From: an uncultured bacterium
GTDB lineage: Bacteria; Verrucomicrobiota; Kiritimatiellia; RFP12; UBA1067
Direction: 5' to 3'
Assembly: GCA_902800055.1 (NCBI GenBank)
Contig: CADCCW010000001.1
Coordinates: 14,932-78,931 of the forward strand
Length of the DNA: 64,000 bases
Every line of letters starts with the position of its first letter. The first letter of the stretch is position 1. The position numbers were made by a program, and so were the translations under genes. The notes beneath the pieces are model-generated. The model made no database searches. It was not told the origin of the DNA and saw only the letters and a program-made list of their open reading frames with translations. Positions 41,387-48,441 of this stretch are shown here, one piece after another.

Positions 41387-42343
41387 TTAGTTAAATACCT
41401 GCCAGTCGCGCCTCAGGTCCGGCGTGACGGCCCATTTTGCGCGGATTGCCGCGGCGATGCGCCGCAGCACCCGCACCTCCGGCGGCAGCGCGAAGGTCGA
41501 AAGTTCGCCCAACGTCCGCCGCCGCGCCACCCAGCGCAGCGCGCTGAAGACGCTCCTCGAGGCGTCGGAGAGCGCCGACACCTCGTCGTACGCATCGAGC
41601 CACGCCTCCCGCGCCCGCTCCCAGTTCGCGACCGGCTCGGCCTGCGGGCGGAACTTCCACGCCACCGCGGCGGAATAGAGCCCGTCGCCGAGCCGGTCCG
41701 CTCGCTCGTCCGCCCGCCACGCGTAGCGCCCGCCGGCGATGAGCCGCGCGTCGCCCGCGCCGAGCACGCACTTGTTGAGGTTGCGCGCGACGAACCCCCG
41801 GTCGCTCGACTCGTCCGCGAAGAGCAGCCCCATGCCGCGGTTCATCAGGAGGCGCGCGGCCTCCGTCCACGGCAGTTTCGCCGCGGGAATCTTCTCAATG
41901 GCAGCGAACAGCTCCGCCCCCTTCTTCCCGACGACGTCGAGATAGCCGCGGATCAGCTCCTGCACCATCAGGCGCGACTCGTCGTGCTTGAGCCGCCACG
42001 GCGTCTTCACCGCAAAGTCCACGTCCACGCCCAGCCGCTGCGTCCACTTCTCGGCAATTGGCTTCAATGCCTCGCCAACGGCTGCAATCGTCTCAGCCTC
42101 GGGCACGCCGTCTTCTGTAATCGCAAAGAAATCGAGGTCGTTCGACAGCACCGCCGTTCCCCGTTCCCCGTTCCCCATTCCCCGCTCTATCGCCCCGCCT
42201 TCGCCGCGGCCATAGCCGCCGCCGAGGACGACGCCTGCGAGCCTTGGAACGGCAAGCGCGGCAATCTCGCGCCCGATTTCGGCGCAAGCGTCGTCAATGA
42301 GCCGGTCAAGTTCCGGGCAACTGCCTGCAACATGCCGTCCCAT
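41387..42343 (-). CDS. Nucleotidyltransferase-fold (Pol-beta superfamily) protein with C-terminal helical domain
   Basis: GVVLGGGYGRGEGG...(insert)...LSNDLDFFAIT fits the minimal NTase pattern hG[GS]x9-13Dh[DE]h. The rest is helical and of no family I can name. The GGGGAAY array inserts between the G-rich loop and the DxD. Confidence 0.6.
   Translation of the reverse strand: MGRHVAGSCPELDRLIDDACAEIGREIAALAVPRLAGVVLGGGYGRGEGGAIERGMGNGERGTAVLSNDLDFFAITEDGVPEAETIAAVGEALKPIAEKWTQRLGVDVDFAVKTPWRLKHDESRLMVQELIRGYLDVVGKKGAELFAAIEKIPAAKLPWTEAARLLMNRGMGLLFADESSDRGFVARNLNKCVLGAGDARLIAGGRYAWRADERADRLGDGLYSAAVAWKFRPQAEPVANWERAREAWLDAYDEVSALSDASRSVFSALRWVARRRTLGELSTFALPPEVRVLRRIAAAIRAKWAVTPDLRRDWQVFN
42156..42184. 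repeat. GGGGAAY heptamer array (reverse orientation: GTTCCCC x3, ATTCCCC) in frame inside the NTase-fold gene
   Basis: ccGTTCCCCGTTCCCCGTTCCCCATTCCCCg on the plus strand. The coding (minus) strand therefore carries GGGGAATGGGGAACGGGGAACGGGGAAC, giving ERGMGNGERGT. Confidence 0.9.
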
Positions 42344-42404
42344 CAGATATCTATCCCTTTTTCAGCCATAAATCTGTGTAGTATATCAAAATTCCGTGGT
42401 TTTG

Positions 42405-42704
42405 TCAGAGGCCAACGGTTACGAAGAAGGCGTCGAGGGCCTCGTGCGCGTAGCGGCACGCGCCCGCCGGACCCGGATAGGCCGAGACCATCTTGTGGTA
42501 GTTCCAGCCGATGACGGCCATCGCAAGCACGCCTACGGCCACACCGACGACCGTGCCGAGCGGACCGGCCAGAGGCAGAAACTCCGCGCCGGGCATGACG
42601 AACGCGCCCCAGCCGACGGCGAAGCCGAACGAAAGCCCCCACGCCGAAAGCATCGAAAGATGCTTCCCGGTTCCGCCGGCATTATCCTTGTCGGTTCCGC
42701 TCAT
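42405..42704 (-). pseudogene. Remnant: first ~99 codons of an APC-permease (sensor-kinase-type) gene
   Basis: From Met 42704, MSGTDKDNAGGTGKHLSMLSAWGLSFGFAVGWGAFVMPGAEFLPLAGPLGTVVGVAVGVLAMAVIGWNYHKMVSAYPGPAGACRYAHEAL is collinear with the N-terminus of the APC-kinase at 32977..35841 (FSALGAWAVAFGCAVGWDVLSLPLTGFLPKAGPAGTVLGLAVAALAMVVIAWNFHYMMVKCPGPGGVYSYAKKAF). It stops after about two TM helices. Confidence 0.6.
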
Positions 42705-42714
42705 CGTCCCATGC

Positions 42715-44580
42715 CTATCGCAGGGTGTTGGAAAACACCTCCACCAGCCTGTCATAGGTGAGCGGCTTCAGCAAAATGCCGGTGAAGAACCGGTTCCTGG
42801 CGTCGCGCCTGAACTCGGCGTCTGCCGTCACCGCATAGACCTGAAGCCGCCGGAAGCGTGCGTCGCCGCGAATCTTCTCGACGAGCTCGATGCCGTTCAC
42901 GTTCGGCATCCAGAGGTCGGCGAAGACGAAGTCGTACGCATCTCCCTCCTTCAGCGCGGCGCCGAGCTTCGCGAGCGCCTCGCCGCCGTCGCACGCCTGG
43001 CTGATCGAGGTGACGCCGGCGTGCACGAGCAGAGATGTCAGCACATCGCGGTTGACCGGCGAGTCGTCCACCACCAGCACGCGCCTCGGCAGCCGCTTCG
43101 GCGGGGCCGGCGGCTTAAGCCCGCCTGACGCGTTCATAGCGCGGACGACGCCGGGGATGCGTACGATGAACCTCGAACCGCGCCCGAGTTCGCTCTCGAC
43201 GGAAAGCTCGCCGCCCATCGCATCCACCAAACGGCGGCAGATGGAAAGCCCCAGCCCGGTGCCGCCGGAGCGGTCGGCGGAGTGACTCGGGTCCTGCGCC
43301 TGGACGAACGGGTCGAAGATGCGCGAGATCATGTCGGGCGCGATGCCGCAGCCTGTGTCGGCAACGGAGACCTCAAGGTCCTCGCCGGACACTGACGCGG
43401 AGACCGTCACCGAGCCCTTCTCGATGAACTTGACCGCGTTGCCGACCAGGTTGAATAGAATCTGGCGGAAGCGATGGCCGTCCAGAAGCGCCGTCGGCAC
43501 GCCGACCGTGCGGTTGACGAGCTCGACCCCCTTGTCCGCCGCGGTCTTGCGGAAGGAGGAGAACGCCTCGTCCGTCAGCTGCGAGATCAGCACCGGCCCC
43601 GGATTGAGCGTGAGCTCGCCGGCGTCGATCTTGGAGAGATCGAGGACGTCGTTCACGAGCTGGAGCAGGGTGGTGCCGCTGGAGCGGATGGCCTTCAGCG
43701 CCTCCTCCCTGTCGACCTCGCCCTCGCTGCCGAGCTGGAGCAGCTCGGAATAGCCGAGAATCGCGTTGAGCGGGGTGCGGATATCGTGGCTCACGATGCT
43801 GAAGAACATGCTCCGCGCCTTCTCGGCCGCGCGGGCGCGGTCGATCGCCTTCTCGAGCTCCACCGCGTGCTTCGCCGCCTGTTCGCGCTCGATGACGGCG
43901 CGGCGCAGTTCGTCGCGCTCCTCCTCGATGACGAAGACGTGGAGGAAGCAGTTGCCGACGAGGCAGCCGAGCGCGTAGTACGGCCAGAGCGGCCAGACGA
44001 TCTGGAAGACGATCGCGACCGCCATCGTGAGACAGAAGAGAAACACCATCAGGCTGCGGCGGCGCATCGAGTTGTGGTTGCCGAAGGACTTCACCAGCAC
44101 GAAGACGGCCATTACGACGTTCAGCGCCGCCAGCAGGAAGAAAATCCGGTTGCGGAGCGGAGTGGGCATGTAGTTGCCGGCCGCGTCGAAGCTGAAAAGA
44201 CAGCCGTTGAAGCTGTTGGCCAGCAGCAGCGCGATGAAGAGGGACAGGATCGCGTAGCCAAACCACGAGACCATCCGCGACGCCCACTTGCTGATGTCCA
44301 GGTAGGCCGCGGCGAAATGGCACCACAGGAGGACGGTCACCGCGATGGCGACAAAGAAGAGCACGGTGTCGACGTAGACGGCCTTCGTCCAGCCGAGCCC
44401 GGAGAACACCCCCCAGGCGGCGTCCGCAAGGTAGAAGACGAATATGCCCACCAGGTAGCCGCGGTACTCGCGCAGGCCGTGCGCGGACGCGTCGACCCGC
44501 CCGACGAGCAGATTGAAGTTGGTGATCAGGTGGATCACCATCGCCAAAAAGGCGATCACCGAGTATATGTAGTCTTGCAT
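42715..44580 (-). CDS. Hybrid sensor histidine kinase with polytopic (about 6-7 TM) membrane sensor domain
   Basis: N-terminal 230 aa are multi-TM (MQDYIYSVIAFLAMVIHLITNFNLL...). Then a coiled coil, the H-box FFSIVSHDIRTPLNAILGYSELL, LVGNAVKF, DTGCGI, GTGLGLSICRRL, and a receiver VLVVDDSPVNR...FVFADLWMPNVNG...KP. Confidence 0.85.
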   Translation of the reverse strand: MQDYIYSVIAFLAMVIHLITNFNLLVGRVDASAHGLREYRGYLVGIFVFYLADAAWGVFSGLGWTKAVYVDTVLFFVAIAVTVLLWCHFAAAYLDISKWASRMVSWFGYAILSLFIALLLANSFNGCLFSFDAAGNYMPTPLRNRIFFLLAALNVVMAVFVLVKSFGNHNSMRRRSLMVFLFCLTMAVAIVFQIVWPLWPYYALGCLVGNCFLHVFVIEEERDELRRAVIEREQAAKHAVELEKAIDRARAAEKARSMFFSIVSHDIRTPLNAILGYSELLQLGSEGEVDREEALKAIRSSGTTLLQLVNDVLDLSKIDAGELTLNPGPVLISQLTDEAFSSFRKTAADKGVELVNRTVGVPTALLDGHRFRQILFNLVGNAVKFIEKGSVTVSASVSGEDLEVSVADTGCGIAPDMISRIFDPFVQAQDPSHSADRSGGTGLGLSICRRLVDAMGGELSVESELGRGSRFIVRIPGVVRAMNASGGLKPPAPPKRLPRRVLVVDDSPVNRDVLTSLLVHAGVTSISQACDGGEALAKLGAALKEGDAYDFVFADLWMPNVNGIELVEKIRGDARFRRLQVYAVTADAEFRRDARNRFFTGILLKPLTYDRLVEVFSNTLR

Positions 44581-44587
44581 GGCTTAT

Positions 44588-46423
44588 TTACCGTTGGTTG
44601 AACACCCCCGCAAGCTTGCCGTAGGTGAGCGGCTTGAGGAGAATGTCGTTGAAGAGACTGGATCTGCAATCCTTGTGGAATTCGGTGTCGGCCGTCACCG
44701 CGAAGATCGGCAGCCGCGCGAAGCGGGGGTCGGCGCGCAGCCTCTCGACGAGCTCGAGGCCGTTCATGTTCGGCATCCAGAAGTCTGAGAAGACGAAGTC
44801 GTGGGGATCGCCCGCCCGGACCGCCGCGTCCATCTTCGCGAGCGCCTCCGCCCCGTCGCCAGCCTGGTCGATGCGGACGACCCCCGCCTTCTTGAGGAAA
44901 GCCGTCAGCACCATGCGGTTGACCGGCGAGTCGTCGACCACCAGCACATGCTTCGGCAGCCCTTCCGGCATGATTGTACCGGAGACCTCCGCGCCGGAAG
45001 GCTCCGCCTTTGCCTCGCAGATCTCGACGCCGGGAATGCGAATGGTGAACTTAGATCCACGCCCGGGCTCGCTTTCGACGCTGATCTCGCCGCCCATCGT
45101 CTCCGCCAGCCGGCGGCAGATGGAAAGCCCCAGCCCGGTGCCGTTGGCGCGGTCGGCCGCGTGGCTCGGGTCCAGCACCTGAACGAACGGTTCAAGGATA
45201 TGCGACAGCATGTCGGGCGCGATGCCGCAGCCAGTGTCGGCGACGGAGACGACAAGCGTCTTTTCGGCATACGAGGCGGCAACCGTCACCGACCCGCTCC
45301 CGGTGAACTTCACGGCGTTGCCGATCAGGTTGAAGAGGATCTGGCGGAAGCGGTGGCCGTCGACCATCACCGTCGGCACGCCGTCGGTGCGGTTGACGAG
45401 CTCCACCCCCTTCGCGGACGCGTCGCGCCAGAAGGACGAGAACACCTCGTCGACAAGCTGGTTCATGAGCACCGGCTCTGAGCGGAGCGTCATCATCCCG
45501 GCATCCATCCTGGCGAGGTCGAGGACGTCGTCGACGAGCTGCAGCAGCGTGACACCGCTGGCGCGGATGGACTTCAGGGCCTCGTTCCGCTCGGATTCGT
45601 CCTTGGCACCCCTCTGGAGCAGTTCGGAATAGCCTATTATCGCGTTGAGCGGCGTCCTGATGTCGTGGCTGACGATGCTGAAGAACATGCTCCGCGCCTT
45701 CTCCGCCGCACGGGCGCACTCGAGCGCCTTCTCGAGCTCCGCCGCGTACTTCGCCGACCGCTCGTCCTGGATCACGAACACCTGGAAGAAGCAGTTGACG
45801 ACGAGGCACCCGAGCGACGTGAACGGCGTGAGCGGCCAGGCCACCTGCATGATCATGGACACCGACATGGTGATGCCGCACAAAAGCACCATCGCGCCCC
45901 GGCGGCGGTCGAAATCCCGGCTACGGATCGTCTTCACGGCCACGAACAGCGACGTGAGCATCCCGAAGGAGACCATCATGTAAAACGCCGGATCGCGCAG
46001 CCAGCCGGTCTGGTAGACGCCCTGGTCGTCAAAGTAGAAGAGGCACCGGGTGAACGGATTGGCCGCCATCGCAACGAGGTTGAACGCCAGAAGAGCGCAC
46101 CCGCACCAGTCGAGGAAGCGCCGGGACGCCCTGCCGAACGAGAGATAGTCCGCGGCGAACCGGCACCACAGGAACACGAACGCAACCAGCGACAGGAAGA
46201 AGAACAGCGTGTCTATGTACCACGGCACCATCCAGCGGAGCCCGGCGAACGCTCCCCAGGCCGCATCGGTCGTATAGTAGGCGAGCACCCCGAACAGGAA
46301 CCAGCGGTAGCGCACAACGTGCGCGAGGTGGAGCCCGTGGCGGCCGGCCAGCAGGTCGAAGTTGAGGATCAGGTGGATTACGATCGCGGCGGCGGAAAAA
46401 ATCGAATATGCGTAGCCCTGCAT
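44588..46423 (-). CDS. Hybrid sensor histidine kinase, tandem paralogue of 42715..44580
   Basis: Collinear over its full length with the neighbouring kinase (MQGYAYSIFSAAAIVIHLILNFDLL..., FFSIVSHDIRTPLNAIIGYSELL, DTGCGIAPDM, VLVVDDSPVNR, FVFSDFWMPNMNG). Confidence 0.85.
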   Translation of the reverse strand: MQGYAYSIFSAAAIVIHLILNFDLLAGRHGLHLAHVVRYRWFLFGVLAYYTTDAAWGAFAGLRWMVPWYIDTLFFFLSLVAFVFLWCRFAADYLSFGRASRRFLDWCGCALLAFNLVAMAANPFTRCLFYFDDQGVYQTGWLRDPAFYMMVSFGMLTSLFVAVKTIRSRDFDRRRGAMVLLCGITMSVSMIMQVAWPLTPFTSLGCLVVNCFFQVFVIQDERSAKYAAELEKALECARAAEKARSMFFSIVSHDIRTPLNAIIGYSELLQRGAKDESERNEALKSIRASGVTLLQLVDDVLDLARMDAGMMTLRSEPVLMNQLVDEVFSSFWRDASAKGVELVNRTDGVPTVMVDGHRFRQILFNLIGNAVKFTGSGSVTVAASYAEKTLVVSVADTGCGIAPDMLSHILEPFVQVLDPSHAADRANGTGLGLSICRRLAETMGGEISVESEPGRGSKFTIRIPGVEICEAKAEPSGAEVSGTIMPEGLPKHVLVVDDSPVNRMVLTAFLKKAGVVRIDQAGDGAEALAKMDAAVRAGDPHDFVFSDFWMPNMNGLELVERLRADPRFARLPIFAVTADTEFHKDCRSSLFNDILLKPLTYGKLAGVFNQR

Positions 46424-46483
46424 TCCTCACCTCCCCCTTTTCGCGATGTCCGCCGCCGCGCCTGAAGAATGCCACTTCATGAC

Positions 46484-47413
46484 CTACCCCCTTCGGCCGT
46501 ACGACCTTCCTCGCAGAAACCGCCACATCGACCGCACCCATCCCAGCCCGGTCGGGATGCGGCGGGCGAGGCCCGGCTCTTCGAAGTCCACCCAGGTGCC
46601 GGTGCCGGCGTCGATGACGCGCCGCCCGACCACTATCTTGCCGATTAACTCCAGCCCCGCGCCGATGAACGTGTCGCGGCAGACGACGGTGCGGCGGAGC
46701 CGCGCGCCCTCGCTGATGTACGAGCCGCTGTCGACGATCACCTCGCCCTCGAGCTGCACGTTCCGGGCGAACCAGGTGTTGTCCTGCAGAAGCACCGGCG
46801 GCTTCACCTCCGTCCCGTGCTCGATGACGACGCTCCGCCCGATGTGGACGTCGCGCTCGGACGAATACCCCGGCACCGTGAACTCCTCGGGATGGCTGAG
46901 GACGACGAAGTTCAGCTCGTGCCACGCCTTGACGTTCCTGACCACGAGGCCGTGGGGAACGAGGCGCATCCAGCGGCCGCCACTGCGACGGTAGATTCCA
47001 GCCGGGGTCTCGACGCATTCCGCCTCGGAAACCGGCTCCATCGACATCTCCTCCTCCGCGTGCATCGACAGCGCAATCCCCCAGACCACGACGAGGTCGT
47101 CCGCGATGTTGGCGGTGAGCGGGCTCGAATATCCCTCTATGCCGGCAAGGCCCTTCGGCAACTCGCCCTCGCCCCTCAAATAGAAGATCGGCGCGCCCGT
47201 CCGGGTCATATCGGCGAAGTCGTCGGCAAGCCGCTGGGAGAAGCGCCAGTCCAGGATCTCGGTGAACATCGCGCCGAACTTCTGCGCCCGCTCGATGGCG
47301 TAGTCGATGACGCGCCGCCCGGCGACCGGCAGCTCCGCCGGGCTGGTGCCGGGAAGGAGCTCGTCCACCCATTCGGTCTCGCGTGTCGCGGGGATGAAGA
47401 CGACGTTGACCAT
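46484..47413 (-). CDS. Sugar-nucleotidyltransferase-like N-domain plus left-handed beta-helix (hexapeptide) C-domain protein
   Basis: The real start is MVNVVFIPATRE at 47413. ELPVAGRRVIDYAIE resembles the NTP_transferase LPV-x-G-x-P-hI-hh pattern, but the G-x-G-x-R box is missing. The C-terminal half has hexapeptide-like repeats (HIGRSVVIEHGTEV..., VQLEGEVIVDSGSYISEGARL...). Confidence 0.55.
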   Translation of the reverse strand: MVNVVFIPATRETEWVDELLPGTSPAELPVAGRRVIDYAIERAQKFGAMFTEILDWRFSQRLADDFADMTRTGAPIFYLRGEGELPKGLAGIEGYSSPLTANIADDLVVVWGIALSMHAEEEMSMEPVSEAECVETPAGIYRRSGGRWMRLVPHGLVVRNVKAWHELNFVVLSHPEEFTVPGYSSERDVHIGRSVVIEHGTEVKPPVLLQDNTWFARNVQLEGEVIVDSGSYISEGARLRRTVVCRDTFIGAGLELIGKIVVGRRVIDAGTGTWVDFEEPGLARRIPTGLGWVRSMWRFLRGRSYGRRG

Positions 47414-47415
47414 AT

Positions 47416-48132
47416 TCAGTACGCCCCCTTCCCGCCGATGATCGCGGGGATCGTCTTCATGAGGATCGCGACGTCCTTCCAGAACCCGCCCGCCATGATG
47501 TACTCCTTGTCGAGCCGCACCTGCTCGTGGAACGGGATCTCGCTCCTGCCCTTGATCTGCCAGAGGCAGGTGATGCCGGGGATCACGTCCAGCCGCTTGC
47601 GGTCCTCGAGCGTGTACTGCGCCACCTCGGAAGGCACCGGCGGACGCGGCCCCACCAGGCTCATGTCGCCGATGAACACGTTCCAGAGCTGCGGCAGCTC
47701 GTCGAGGCTCGTGCGACGCAGGAACCGCCCCACCCTGGTGATGCGCGGATCGTCCTTCATCTTGAAGATCACGCCGTCCTTCGACTCGTTCTGCGCCATC
47801 AGCGCCGCCTTGCACGCCTCGGCGTCTGTCCGCATGCTGCGGAACTTCCAGAAGCGGAAGTGGCGCCCGTAGCGCCCGACGCGCGTCTGGCTGAAGAACA
47901 CCGGCCCCGGGCTCGAGAGCTTCACCGCAGCCGCGATCCCCAGGAAGACCGGCGAGAGGACGAGCATGCCGACGCCGCTGCCGACGATGTCGATGAACCG
48001 CTTCGTCGCGTACGAGAGCAGCACCGTGAAGCGCCACGCCATCAGCCGCAGGCTCCGCCGCCTCACGCCGCGTGTGCGCGCGGCGAGCTCGTGGACGAGT
48101 TCGTCCAGCTCCTCTGGCTTCGCCTCCGCCAT
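47416..48132 (-). CDS. Undecaprenyl-phosphate hexose-1-phosphate transferase (bacterial sugar transferase, initiating enzyme)
   Basis: KRFIDIVGSGVGMLVLSPVFLGIAAAVKLSSPGPVFFSQTRVGRYGRHFRFWKFRSM...DPRITRVGRFLRRTSLDELPQLWNVFIGDMSLVGPRP is the classic Bac_transf (WbaP/EpsL C-terminal) signature. Confidence 0.9.
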   Translation of the reverse strand: MAEAKPEELDELVHELAARTRGVRRRSLRLMAWRFTVLLSYATKRFIDIVGSGVGMLVLSPVFLGIAAAVKLSSPGPVFFSQTRVGRYGRHFRFWKFRSMRTDAEACKAALMAQNESKDGVIFKMKDDPRITRVGRFLRRTSLDELPQLWNVFIGDMSLVGPRPPVPSEVAQYTLEDRKRLDVIPGITCLWQIKGRSEIPFHEQVRLDKEYIMAGGFWKDVAILMKTIPAIIGGKGAY

Positions 48133-48441
48133 TTAGAGCGCCGCCGTCAGATCCTTCAGCCGCGCGATCAGCCGGCCCGACTCGCCGGCGTCGTGGAGCT
48201 TCGCCGCCTGGCGGAGCGCAATCCCCGCCTCCGCCGTCTCGCTGTCGCCAGCCGCCAGGGCATTGCCCTTCACCGTGTGCGCGATCTTGTCCAACGCATC
48301 CCAATCGCCGGCCGCGAGCGCGGCCTCGGCCTCGCCGGTCTTCGCCTTCGCGGACGAAGCGTACTCGGCGTAGATTTCGTTGATGATGTCGGCGTCCCCG
48401 CCGAATTGCTCGTTAAGGTATGTGGCGCAGCATTCCTTCAT
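48133..48441 (-). CDS. Histidine phosphotransfer (Hpt) protein, HptB-like
   Basis: The real start is MKECCATYL at 48441, in an ATGA overlap with the upstream gene stop. It is 102 aa and all-helical, with the H-x-x-K-G motif in IAHTVKGNALAAG. Confidence 0.75.
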   Translation of the reverse strand: MKECCATYLNEQFGGDADIINEIYAEYASSAKAKTGEAEAALAAGDWDALDKIAHTVKGNALAAGDSETAEAGIALRQAAKLHDAGESGRLIARLKDLTAAL

